Shown here: positions 9,645 through 18,846 of the stretch, piece after piece
How positions within the stretch are numbered: the stretch's first letter is position 1
Layout: the number at the start of each line of letters is the position of its first letter
DNA from: an uncultured bacterium
Lineage (GTDB): Bacteria > Nitrospirota > JACRHL01
Direction: 5' to 3'
Assembly (NCBI GenBank): GCA_965371175.1
Contig: CBDUXI010000006.1
Coordinates: forward strand, 13,973 to 77,972
Length of the DNA: 64,000 nucleotides
The notes under the pieces: generated by a model
Told to the model about the DNA's origin: nothing
Database searches by the model: none
Seen by the model: the letters and a program-made list of their open reading frames with translations, nothing else
Made by a program: the position numbers and the translations under genes

Positions 9645-10172
9645 ATGGGGATATTCCCGCGACTGTTTGCGATCGGGTGCGTACTGCTTCTGACCTCCTG
9701 CTCGTTCTACCGGGCGGCGGACGAAGCCTATCAGCGCGACATGGACACGGTGCGGGTGCAGCACGCTCACCGCATTGTGGAGATACTGGAAGCCTATTAC
9801 GCCAAACAGGGGTATTACCCGCTTGCCGATCGGCTACAAAAAGGGCGCGTGATTGAGGTGTTTATCACCCCGCGCCCCATCCACAAGGATATTTTACGGC
9901 AGGTGGCATCCGTTCCCCTGGACCTGCACCCGTTTGACCTGCTCCAGCAAGAGGTGTTCCGGGTGCTGGGAGAAGATGCAGCACTGCCCACCGAACCGCA
10001 AAAAGTGGCCACCTTTGCCCCCAACTACCACATCTATCACCTGACCCCCCGCAGCTACTGTGTGGGGGTGCACCTCTATTTTCCGCGTGAGGGTGCCCAG
10101 CCTGTACGGGGCGGCGGCAGCCAGTACCACAAATACGATTTGTGCAGGAATATTGAGGGAACCGGGGGGTGA
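9645..10172 (+). CDS. Hypothetical lipoprotein
   Basis: N-terminus 'MGIFPRLFAIGCVLLLTSCSF' has a lipobox. GGAGAAAAAAGG RBS. Confidence 0.6.
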   Translation: MGIFPRLFAIGCVLLLTSCSFYRAADEAYQRDMDTVRVQHAHRIVEILEAYYAKQGYYPLADRLQKGRVIEVFITPRPIHKDILRQVASVPLDLHPFDLLQQEVFRVLGEDAALPTEPQKVATFAPNYHIYHLTPRSYCVGVHLYFPREGAQPVRGGGSQYHKYDLCRNIEGTGG

Positions 10173-10261
10173 ACTGCCGCCGGTCCGGGGGCAGGCCGCT
10201 TCAGGCCTGCCCGAAGGCAGGCTCAGGGTTCCGCACGAACAGCTTGCTGGTCTTCCCCCCA

Positions 10262-10298
10262 CAAAAAAAGGGCCACGGAAAACCCGTGGCCCTTTTTA
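10262..10298. terminator. Bidirectional rho-independent terminator
   Basis: Hairpin GGGCCACGG-AAAAC-CCGTGGCCC flanked by an A-tract and a T-tract. Sits between convergent genes ending at 10172 (+) and 10326 (-). Confidence 0.7.
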
Positions 10299-10325
10299 GC
10301 CCGTTATGAACGTGGCCTCCCGTTC

Positions 10326-10598
10326 TTAATGCGTCTGCTCCATAAAATAGATCTCCGGCATGCCCTGCACCCCGGCGGTCTGCATGGCATTTTTGAGCTC
10401 TTCCGACTGGGCGAACGTGTGGGCCTCTTCCAGGTCGTTCCAGTCAAATAATATGGTGACCATGTTCGGGTCGTTTTCGTCCTGCATCACCATGTCCGAC
10501 GTGCACCCGGCCTCCAGCCGGTCTTGCGCTTGGGCATCGTATGCGGGCTTCCAGCTGGCGTAGTCGGCTACCTTGTGGCGGATCAGTACTTGCGACAT
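10326..10598 (-). CDS. Small hypothetical protein (possible ABM/Dabb-like alpha+beta fold)
   Basis: 90-aa ORF with an RBS-like 'AGGAGGAGAG' on the minus strand just upstream of the start. Family assignment is tentative. Confidence 0.5.
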   Translation of the reverse strand: MSQVLIRHKVADYASWKPAYDAQAQDRLEAGCTSDMVMQDENDPNMVTILFDWNDLEEAHTFAQSEELKNAMQTAGVQGMPEIYFMEQTH

Positions 10599-10717
10599 GA
10601 CTCTCCTCCTACCTTGGAAAAATAATCAAATTGTGGGAACGGCTCGCATTATGCGCCCGGATTTTTCCGGTTTCAAGGGGGTGGGATGGATGGGGTTTGT
10701 CGGTGATTTGGGAGCAT

Positions 10718-10812
10718 CCCCTCACCCCCGCCCTCTCCCACAAAGGGGAGAGGGGGCAGACGGGCTTTTTCTCCCTCTCCCCGTTTGTGGGAGAGGGCAG
10801 GGGTGAGGGGGA
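10718..10812. repeat. REP/BIME-like composite palindrome: two ~40-bp units in inverted orientation
   Basis: The unit 'CCCCTCACCCCYGCCCTCTCCCACAAA(C)GGGGAGAGGG' occurs once forward and once reverse-complemented around a TTTTT centre. Each unit contains its own hairpin (CCCTCTCCC-ACAAA-GGGGAGAGGG). Intergenic. Confidence 0.75.
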
Positions 10813-11071
10813 GCCCGGCCCGTTCCCGTGGCCCTTGGGCCGCAAGCCAAACGGCCTCCCGGTTTGCGTTTTCTACCCCATTCCTCTATAAAACGGGCGT
10901 CAACTTAAAGCTGCAAAATTCAGGTGACGGGGCGGTGTGGGGGCAAGTTTCTTGTGTCCGTATGGTCAAAAAAACCGTGGCCTGAATGTGTCGGGTACAG
11001 GAGTCTGTCGCCGCAGCTAAAATAAGTTAAACATCTGTTTTAATTGAAATTTAAGCAAAGGGGTAGTTGCG

Positions 11072-11932
11072 ATGAATTTGAAACGAAACCTGTCTGTTTT
11101 TTCACTGGCGGCAGCGTTCATGCTGTCCGGGGCGGCCACGGCCAGCGCCGCACCCGATCTGGTGGTTTCCAGCCTGAGCGGCCCGGCCTCGGTGGAACTT
11201 GGCGAGCCGTTCCTGGCCAACATCACCCTGACCAATCAGGGCGCAGACGGCGTGGACTCGGTGGCGATCGTGCGCTATTCCGTTTTTGTCTCCACGGATA
11301 CCACCCTGGACTCGGGGGACGTGTGCGCCGGGTACGGGGGTGTGGACCGGTCCACGCTGACTGCGGGGAGCAGCTACGCGACCAGCCTCATGCTGCTGTT
11401 GAACGCCTCCAACGTGCCTGCCGATACCTATTACCTCATCGCTGCGGTGGACGACTTGTGTGGCGGTTACGGACAGGTGGTGGAAAGCGATGAATCCAAC
11501 AATGACCTGACCGGAGCCACCATCGACGTGCTGGCATCCACGGCGCAGATTGATCTGACCATTGACGACGTGATCGGCCCCAACCGGGCGCAGCGCGGCG
11601 AAGCCCTGCGGCTGGATGTCTACCTGACCAACCTGGGGCCGGATGCCGCACCGGGACTGAGTGCGACGGCGTGCGGGTTTTACGTGAGTGCGTATCTTTC
11701 CACCGATACCACCATCGACACGTCGGACACGCTGATCGGCAGGGGTTGCATGGCCTCTCTGGCCGGTGGCGCAACCTTGCGGTTCTTCAAAGATGTGACG
11801 GTTCCCGCAGATATGCCCCGTGGCTTCTACTACTGGGGTGCCATCGCGGACGATACGGAAATCCTGGGCGAAACCGACGAGACCAACAACGCCTTCGGCT
11901 CACCGGATCGGGTGAATATCACCGGCAGGTAA
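11072..11932 (+). CDS. Secreted CARDB-domain protein (two CARDB-like repeats)
   Basis: Signal peptide 'MNLKRNLSVFSLAAAFMLSGAATASA'. Repeated 'DLVVS...TNQG...' modules end in 'ESDESNNDL' and 'ETDETNNAF', as in CARDB domains. Confidence 0.7.
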   Translation: MNLKRNLSVFSLAAAFMLSGAATASAAPDLVVSSLSGPASVELGEPFLANITLTNQGADGVDSVAIVRYSVFVSTDTTLDSGDVCAGYGGVDRSTLTAGSSYATSLMLLLNASNVPADTYYLIAAVDDLCGGYGQVVESDESNNDLTGATIDVLASTAQIDLTIDDVIGPNRAQRGEALRLDVYLTNLGPDAAPGLSATACGFYVSAYLSTDTTIDTSDTLIGRGCMASLAGGATLRFFKDVTVPADMPRGFYYWGAIADDTEILGETDETNNAFGSPDRVNITGR

Positions 11933-11943
11933 TCGCGACGAAA

Positions 11944-11982
11944 TAAAAAAGGGGCTACGGAAAACCGTAGCCCCTTTTTTGT
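11944..11982. terminator. Bidirectional rho-independent terminator
   Basis: 'AAATAAAAAA-GGGGCTACGG-AAAA-CCGTAGCCCC-TTTTTT'. Sits between convergent genes ending at 11932 (+) and 12032 (-). Confidence 0.8.
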
Positions 11983-12031
11983 GGGTGACGTGACCGATTA
12001 AACCCCGGCCAAAGTTTTCTGATCTGCCGCG

Positions 12032-13690
12032 CTAGTCGTCGCCTGACACCGGCCCGGCCAGCGGGTTGGGCATTAGATATATCTGCTGAGAAATATACGG
12101 AAGGTCCTCCATCAGGTCTGGATGGACGGACACAAAAGCAATCCGGCTGCCATCGGTGCTGATCTCCGGGTTCCAAGCGTGGCGGGTTAATTCAATCGTT
12201 TCGCCGGTCTCCCGGTCAAACAGGTGTATGCGCCTCTGACGCACGTTGTGGTTAATATGGTTCAGGGCGAACACGGTAAAGTGCCCATCCCCACTTATAG
12301 ATAACGATAATCCGTATCCTTGATAGTCGGGATACCGGTCGGTATCCACGGTCATGCGGGTGATTTTCCCGGTGGCGATCTCTTCCAGGTAGGCATCGAC
12401 CACGCCGTTGGTATCGGCGGGGTCCAGGGGCGCATTGGTAAAGTAAGCGACCCAGGCACCGTCGGTGCTGATCCGGGGAACGTTCACCCTGGCGGGGGTG
12501 CCTTCCGGCCCTTTGGCCAGAATGCGGGCGCTATCGGTTTCCATGTCGTGCAGGACAAGCACCGATCTGGAGAAGGACTCACTCCTGGCGGTAAAGAGGA
12601 GCCATCGACCGTCTGCGCTGGTCTGTGCTGCCGAGCTATAGCTATAGGAGTCCCCATCCGGAAGCGTTTGGGATGGGTCTATGACCTTGTGTGTTTGCAG
12701 GTCGCGCTGGCGGATAAACGGGTAGTCCCAATTCCCCTCGGGGGTCTGTACCTGTTCCAAAAAGGTTACGTACCGGCCATTCCCACTGAGGTCGGCATGT
12801 GTGGCACCCAGGGTGCTTGGCTGGCCGGGTTTGTCCTGGCTTGCCACCTCGGTTTTTCCGGAACCGCGGTCGTGAACCAGTATGTTGGGGATGTAGTAGG
12901 GGTTCCCGCTATCTGAAAACCGGGTAGCTCCGGCAACATATGCCACGCGATCACCATCGTCGGACAGTGAAGCCGATTCCCAGGGAATGTGGCCCGCAAA
13001 GCCGTCTGGAATTGGCATGCGTTCGGTTGTGCCACGCTCCAGATCGCGCACAATGACAAGGCTGTACTCGGTTCGGGACTCCGGCACTGAGGGAGGTGCC
13101 AGATTGAGGGCGTAAGAAATAAACGCCACCCGGTCGCCCGTTCCATCTATGGCAAGCCCCCACATCGGTCCGATGGCCGGCTCCAGTTCATCGCTCACGC
13201 TCACCCGCTCGATGTCCGCAGGAATGGGGGGTGTGGGGGTTGGCGGCGGCCCGATTGTAACAGTCACCGTGCCCGGTTCCGATGTGCCGTACCGATCCGT
13301 AAGCGTGTAGGTAAAGGTGTCGACCCCCTCGGCCCCCGGATGTGGGGTGTACTCAAAGTGGTTGTTATCGTAATAGTAGCTCCAACTCCCGGCCGTCCGT
13401 AGCGTGGCCGTGCCCAGCTTGCCGTTTTCGGCAATGGCATAGGAGGGGCGTGGGGTATCCGGGGTGTGCGGTATTTTTTCTTCCGGGGAGGGATCGCTCA
13501 GGCTACCTCCCAGGCCACCGGTTACGGCATAACCCGCCGCGGTATAGGCCTCCAGGTCTATCACCGTTGGCTTTACTGTACTGCCCCCGCCGTTGTTACT
13601 TCCCCCACACGCGGTAAGCGAAAACAGCAGCAACACCGAAAGAAAGTTGAAAACGGATTTACGCCCCGGCAGGTCACACAAAAATTTCAT
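12032..13690 (-). CDS. Lipoprotein with an Ig-like/cadherin-like domain and PD40/TolB-type beta-propeller repeats
   Basis: Lipobox 'LLLFSLTACGG' with a Gly/Ser linker. 'VDTFTYTLTDRYGTSEPGTVTVTIGPPPTPTPP' is Ig-like. Recurring 'ISxDG...VAF/YVS' motifs suggest PD40-like blades. Paralog of the next gene. Confidence 0.75.
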   Translation of the reverse strand: MKFLCDLPGRKSVFNFLSVLLLFSLTACGGSNNGGGSTVKPTVIDLEAYTAAGYAVTGGLGGSLSDPSPEEKIPHTPDTPRPSYAIAENGKLGTATLRTAGSWSYYYDNNHFEYTPHPGAEGVDTFTYTLTDRYGTSEPGTVTVTIGPPPTPTPPIPADIERVSVSDELEPAIGPMWGLAIDGTGDRVAFISYALNLAPPSVPESRTEYSLVIVRDLERGTTERMPIPDGFAGHIPWESASLSDDGDRVAYVAGATRFSDSGNPYYIPNILVHDRGSGKTEVASQDKPGQPSTLGATHADLSGNGRYVTFLEQVQTPEGNWDYPFIRQRDLQTHKVIDPSQTLPDGDSYSYSSAAQTSADGRWLLFTARSESFSRSVLVLHDMETDSARILAKGPEGTPARVNVPRISTDGAWVAYFTNAPLDPADTNGVVDAYLEEIATGKITRMTVDTDRYPDYQGYGLSLSISGDGHFTVFALNHINHNVRQRRIHLFDRETGETIELTRHAWNPEISTDGSRIAFVSVHPDLMEDLPYISQQIYLMPNPLAGPVSGDD

Positions 13691-13825
13691 TACACGTCCC
13701 CTGGTTTCCCCCATCAAGCCCAGTCCGGAACGGGCTGCCTTGACGGCTGATTTGATTAAACCATCATCAATTTTATCAGGATTCTCCCATCTGGCAAATG
13801 GTGGCCGGACGGGCGCGGCCTGATG

Positions 13826-15526
13826 CTAATCCACGTCGCCGTCCACCGGCTTGCCACCCTCTCCGGCCAGCGGGTTGGGCACCACATAGATCTGGCTCGG
13901 GTTATCCGGGCTGTCCGCCGCAAGTTCCGGGTTATCGGACAAAAAGGTGATCCAGTTACCGTCGGTGCTGATGACCGGATACTGGGCATTGCGCATCAGT
14001 TCGATGGCTTCGCCGGTTTCCCGGTCAAACAGGTGCACCCGGAACTGGCTTATGGTTTGGTTGATGTGCTTCATGGTGAATACGGAAAAACGTCCGTCAC
14101 CACTGATGGAGACCGATAGTCCGAGTGGTGGAAGCCTGGGAAACCGGTCGGTGTCTACGCGCATAAGGGTGATTTTCCCGGTGGCAATCTCTTCCAGGTA
14201 GGCATTGGTTGCACCGCTGATATTGGTGGGGTCCAGGCTGTTGGCTGAGAAATATGCGGCCCAGGCACCATCGGCACTGATGGTGGGATAGAAAGCCTGC
14301 GCCGGAACGCCCGTCGGCCCCACGGCTAGGGGGCGGTCGCTGCCGTCTGCCGTGTCGTGCAGGAAGACCACATCCCCTTCGTGACCTGCGGCGTGTGCCG
14401 AAAAGGTGATGAACCGCCCTTTCCCGCTGACCTGGGGCACCCACCCGGCGGGATAGTAGGTTGCTCCATCAAGAACGGGATGGGGCAGGAGCCTGGTCGT
14501 TCCTTTTTTCAGGTCGCGCAGGTAGATGCCCGTTCCATACGTTACGGGATCGTCCAGGAGATCGGTCGCAACACTAAAAAAAGCTACGTACTGGCCACTG
14601 GCGCTCAGGTCGGCAAAAAAGGAACTGCTGTTTCCCGGGTCGCCGGCTGTGTTGCGGCTTGCCACCTCGGTTTTTCCGGACCGGAGGTTGTGGACCAATA
14701 CGTTCCAGACGTAGGTTTGATAGTAATCGTTGTCTCCGAGCGGAATCCCGGAAGCAGAAAATGAAATACGGTGTCCATCGTCGGATAGTACGGGAGTACC
14801 CGCTTCGTACTTTGCGGCGTACTGCGTGTCTCTCACCTGCACCCGTTCGGTGGTTCCGCGATCCAGGTCGCGTACAAAAATCTGGCGGATAGCAGGTTCG
14901 GGCGTATCCGGCGTCAGGTTGGTGGCTTCGGAAATAAATGCCACGTGCCGCCCCGTGCCGTCCAGCGTAGGGCGCCAGACCCCGCCGTTTGCCGGTGCAA
15001 GGTCGTCGCTTACGCTCACCCGCTCGATGCCCGCAGGGATCGGAGGTGCGGGTGCGGTTTCCGGCCCGATGGTCACGGTGACAATGCCCGGCTCGGATGT
15101 GCCGAACGGATCCGTGAGCGTGTAGGCGAACGTATCCACCCCCGCAGTCCCCTCATGCGGGGTGTATCTAAAACGGGTGATCTCGCCAGTCCACTCAAAG
15201 TAGACCGTTGTGAGCTTAACCGTGCCCAGTTCGGGACCTTCGACGATGTTGTAGCTGTAGGGGGAGGAAATTGGACTTCGCATGAAGTCTTCCAGGTCGG
15301 GCGGAAAATTCAGTTCGTTGGTGTGGCCTTGCAGGATGCCGATTACCGAGTAATCCGAAGGGGTGTATGCCTCCATATCTTCCACGATGGGCGGGAATGC
15401 TTCGGAGCTGCCGCCCCCGCCGCTACTGCTGCCGTTCAGGCCACACGCGCTCAACGACACAAAAAACAGCAGCAGGATGGCGTTAAAAAAAGTTGTACGG
15501 ATCGAACGGTTACACAAAAAGGGCAT
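13826..15526 (-). CDS. Paralogous lipoprotein with Ig-like domain and PD40-type beta-propeller repeats
   Basis: Same architecture as the upstream gene ('VDTFAYTLTDPFGTSEPGIVTVTIGPETAPAPP') and a conserved C-terminal 'PNPLAG' tail. Lipobox 'FFVSLSACG'. Start placed at 'MPFLC' (the ORF extends to 15598). Confidence 0.75.
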   Translation of the reverse strand: MPFLCNRSIRTTFFNAILLLFFVSLSACGLNGSSSGGGGSSEAFPPIVEDMEAYTPSDYSVIGILQGHTNELNFPPDLEDFMRSPISSPYSYNIVEGPELGTVKLTTVYFEWTGEITRFRYTPHEGTAGVDTFAYTLTDPFGTSEPGIVTVTIGPETAPAPPIPAGIERVSVSDDLAPANGGVWRPTLDGTGRHVAFISEATNLTPDTPEPAIRQIFVRDLDRGTTERVQVRDTQYAAKYEAGTPVLSDDGHRISFSASGIPLGDNDYYQTYVWNVLVHNLRSGKTEVASRNTAGDPGNSSSFFADLSASGQYVAFFSVATDLLDDPVTYGTGIYLRDLKKGTTRLLPHPVLDGATYYPAGWVPQVSGKGRFITFSAHAAGHEGDVVFLHDTADGSDRPLAVGPTGVPAQAFYPTISADGAWAAYFSANSLDPTNISGATNAYLEEIATGKITLMRVDTDRFPRLPPLGLSVSISGDGRFSVFTMKHINQTISQFRVHLFDRETGEAIELMRNAQYPVISTDGNWITFLSDNPELAADSPDNPSQIYVVPNPLAGEGGKPVDGDVD

Positions 15527-15891
15527 ACACAAGTACTTGTTCTGCTCAGCTTCCGGCCACGTCCGGAAGAGATAGGGGGTGTTTTCCAACAAAAACAAGC
15601 CGATACAGGCTGTTTAGACGGGAAACCAACCCTAATTTTAGCAGATACCGGAAATCCGGCCATCCCTCATTCGAGTGAAATTGTGGCCCTTGCTTTGGCG
15701 GCAGGCTCCCCGAAAACAGGGGGTGTAGCGCTTCGGTGGCACCGTGCCGCAGCCAAAAACGGGACGGTTTTTAAAAAAACTTACCCCATGACGGTGGTGT
15801 GCCGACAGGAGCCGGTGAAGGCCGTATAAGACCACGCGGCCCGGTGCTTTATTTCGACCGCGTACCCCGCCTGGGGACAGATGAGGTAACC

Positions 15892-16944
15892 ATGCTGATC
15901 AAGCGCTCTGTTCTGGCTCTATTTTTTGTATTAACCGCCGGGTGTTCGCTGCCCACAGTGATGCCTCCGCCCCACGCGGGATCGGTGCCCACAGGACCGA
16001 TGGTGGACGGCCCCGCCTCGCCCCAATCGGTGTCGGTGGCGGTATCGATACGGATGGGCGACAAGTGTCTGGAGGTGGGCTACCAGGAACCGGCCATAGT
16101 CTATTTTACGCGGGTTTCGGGACTCAACGGCAACCACTGCCAGCCCAGAGAGAAACGGTTTAAAGAAGGGTTCGATGTGGTCTCCACGGCGGGGGGGATG
16201 GCCGATACCCTTCGGTCCATCGGCGGCGACGCAAGTGGTCAGGGCAGCTTTGGCGCGGGGGGCGACCCCACCTGCCTGTTCGACGAGTACGGGAGTCCCG
16301 TATGGGAGCCGGTGCTGTACCCATCCAGCTACACCAAAGGCAACGTGGCCTACCTGATCAACGTGCCGCCGGGCCGTTATGCCGCCGTGGCGGCGGTCTA
16401 CCCCTACCGCGAATTTGGGACGAATGAGGGCAGCGCATTCCAACGCGCTCAAGAGGGCGGTATTACCCTGGATTTATCCGGCGGTCGTGGCCGGTCCGAC
16501 TCTGCGGTGGTTAATGCGGTTGTTGATGAAAAAGACCGTGGCACGATCACCGTGTTTCTTACCGAACAAGCCGTATTCGGCAGCGAGGTGGCGGCACCCC
16601 CTGGTGCGGCCGTCTACATGGGCAACGTTGTGATGAAGCGGGTTGTGTTCGGCAGGAAGTACGATGCCGTGCAGCAGATGTTCCGCGCGCAGATCGAGGC
16701 CATGGGGCCCAGCCGTATGGAGCAGTTTGTGGCATCCATGATCCGGCTGGTCGCGGGCGGTCACGATAGTAGTGGTCCCCAGAAACAGGAATCGTCCAGG
16801 TTCGTGCGCGTGGATCACGAAGGCTGGCCGCTGGATTACTTTATTACCGGCCTGCCGTACCACCTGGGCACCAGCCCGTGGGTGGAGCGCTTCCGCACCA
16901 GCTCCATGGGGAGGGTCGAAGAAAAACTGACGAGCGTCCAGTAG
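15892..16944 (+). CDS. Hypothetical lipoprotein
   Basis: 'MLIKRSVLALFFVLTAGCSLPT' lipobox. GAGGT RBS. Confidence 0.6.
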   Translation: MLIKRSVLALFFVLTAGCSLPTVMPPPHAGSVPTGPMVDGPASPQSVSVAVSIRMGDKCLEVGYQEPAIVYFTRVSGLNGNHCQPREKRFKEGFDVVSTAGGMADTLRSIGGDASGQGSFGAGGDPTCLFDEYGSPVWEPVLYPSSYTKGNVAYLINVPPGRYAAVAAVYPYREFGTNEGSAFQRAQEGGITLDLSGGRGRSDSAVVNAVVDEKDRGTITVFLTEQAVFGSEVAAPPGAAVYMGNVVMKRVVFGRKYDAVQQMFRAQIEAMGPSRMEQFVASMIRLVAGGHDSSGPQKQESSRFVRVDHEGWPLDYFITGLPYHLGTSPWVERFRTSSMGRVEEKLTSVQ

Positions 16945-16954
16945 GAACAAACAA

Positions 16955-16988
16955 GGGGCTACGGGAAACCGTAGCCCCTTTTTTTATT
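16955..16988 (+). terminator. Rho-independent terminator
   Basis: GGGGCTACGG-GAAA-CCGTAGCCCC followed by a T9 tract. Nearly identical to the hairpin at 11951. Confidence 0.8.
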
Positions 16989-17086
16989 CGGTCCCTCCCA
17001 GCGGTCAGGCGGTTGCCGGTTCCGGGCAGGTTGCCGCAGGCGACGTTCAGCGTATTACATCCTTCCGGGCTGCCTCGGAAGGCCAC

Positions 17087-18253
17087 CTACGGCCGTTCGC
17101 GGATGGCGCTCCACGGTTGTCTGGATTTGCCCAGCCCCACAGACAGCACTGCCGCTGCCGCCGCGACCAGGGCCGATATGGTGAACAGCGCGGGGGCGCC
17201 CAACTGGTCGTAATAGAGGCCGCTCAGATACATGGATACGGTCAGGCCCAGGCCAAACGACAGGCTGCTATAGAGGCTCTGGCCCGTGGTGCGGAACCGC
17301 TCCGGGATGATGCGGTGGGTGTGGGTGACCGCCGCCACGTGAAACAGGCCGAACGATGCGGCGTGCAACAACTGGGCGGGGAGCAGCACGAACATGGTGG
17401 CGGGGCCAGACATCAATCCCCAGCGCAGCACGGTAAGCAGCAGCGAAATACGCATCAACCGGCGGGTGCCCAGGCGCGCAAGCCACGGGCCGGAGCGGTG
17501 CATGGCGATCACTTCCGCCGCCACCCCCACTGCCCACAACAGGCCGATGGTGCCACGGCTGAACCCCTCGCCTTCCAGATAGATGCTGAAAAATCCGTAA
17601 AACGCTCCGTGGCTCATCTGCATGAGCATGCACACCAGATAAAACACCACCACCCTGGGGCGGGTGAGCACTTTGAATAACCCCTCTTCGTGGGGTGGGT
17701 GGGGGGCCGTGCTACGGCTTTCCGGCAGTTGCCATACGCTCCACAGGTTGAATGCCAGCAGCACCAGCACCGCCCACAGCACGGCGCTGGTGGGGGCCAC
17801 GTCGAGCACCGGGCCAAACCCCAGGGAGGCCACGATAAACCCCACCGAGCCCCACAGGCGGATGCGCCCGTAGTCCATCTGCAGGCGCTCCACCGCTTCC
17901 ATGGCGGTGGCTTCCACCAGCGGCAAAATGGCCGAGGTGAACGCGGCATAGATGGCCAGCACCACCGCCACCAGTAAAAACGTACGCACGGTGGGCATGG
18001 CGGCAAAGCTGACCAGCGCCCCGGCGCAGGCAAGGCGCATCAACATCCGGCGGGTGCCTTGCCGGTCGGCCAGCCAGCCCCAGAAGCTGGGGGTGATGAT
18101 CTTTACCAGCGGGTTGATGGCCATCAGAATGCCAATCTGGTACGGCGTGAAGCCCACGTCCAGAAAGTAGAGAGACAGGTACGGCAGAATCAGCCCGATC
18201 AGGCCAAAATAACCCAGATAAAAAGTGGACAGATGGCGGGCCGTGGCGGGCAT
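17087..18253 (-). CDS. MFS transporter
   Basis: 388 aa with 12 predicted TM helices. N-terminus 'LSTFYLGYFGLIGLILPYLSLYF' and overall MFS-like topology. Confidence 0.75.
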   Translation of the reverse strand: MPATARHLSTFYLGYFGLIGLILPYLSLYFLDVGFTPYQIGILMAINPLVKIITPSFWGWLADRQGTRRMLMRLACAGALVSFAAMPTVRTFLLVAVVLAIYAAFTSAILPLVEATAMEAVERLQMDYGRIRLWGSVGFIVASLGFGPVLDVAPTSAVLWAVLVLLAFNLWSVWQLPESRSTAPHPPHEEGLFKVLTRPRVVVFYLVCMLMQMSHGAFYGFFSIYLEGEGFSRGTIGLLWAVGVAAEVIAMHRSGPWLARLGTRRLMRISLLLTVLRWGLMSGPATMFVLLPAQLLHAASFGLFHVAAVTHTHRIIPERFRTTGQSLYSSLSFGLGLTVSMYLSGLYYDQLGAPALFTISALVAAAAAVLSVGLGKSRQPWSAIRERP

Positions 18254-18339
18254 GGGGACAGGTTAACAGGTGGGCGATTCCCCCTGCCTGAAAAAGCGTG
18301 GGGAATCGCCGGAGGGTGTGGGAAAAAACGAAGCCTGAG

Positions 18340-18762
18340 TCAGGCGCTGGTATGCGTGGGCTCACGCCCGAAATCGTACGGGGAAGGCTCACCGCCCTGG
18401 CAGTTACCGATGGTTTCGCTGGTGGTTGCCACCACCCGGCGGTATTCATCGAAAGTAAGTGGCGCGATAAATTGTCCTTTCGGGTTCCACAGTTCCATCG
18501 GACTGCCTTCGGTCCATACGATCATGACCGGTATGTTGCCGGAAAACAGCACCATGGAATCGGGCTCGTACCCGACCCTGTCCACCAGATGCAGGTGGTC
18601 CAGCAGGCGTGATTTTTCTGCACTTTTCACCGGAGAGTCCGGGGTCAGGCCGGCAGGCAATAACCCGGCGGCGGCCAGTGTGACCACCGCGCCGATCATG
18701 ATGAGTACGCTTAAAAACGGCAAAAGGCCGCGCATACGTTCCGAATTTGGGCGCATATCCAC
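18340..18762 (-). CDS. Small hypothetical membrane-anchored protein
   Basis: ORF with an N-terminal TM/signal anchor 'LLPFLSVLIMIGAVVTLAAAGLL'. No motifs. Confidence 0.4.
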   Translation of the reverse strand: MDMRPNSERMRGLLPFLSVLIMIGAVVTLAAAGLLPAGLTPDSPVKSAEKSRLLDHLHLVDRVGYEPDSMVLFSGNIPVMIVWTEGSPMELWNPKGQFIAPLTFDEYRRVVATTSETIGNCQGGEPSPYDFGREPTHTSA

Positions 18763-18846
18763 ACTCTCTTTTCGGTGGATTCACGCCTGTTCTTGAATTT
18801 TGTGCGAACGGCGGAACGTTGGTTTTACCCAGGCCCCGGCCTGCGG

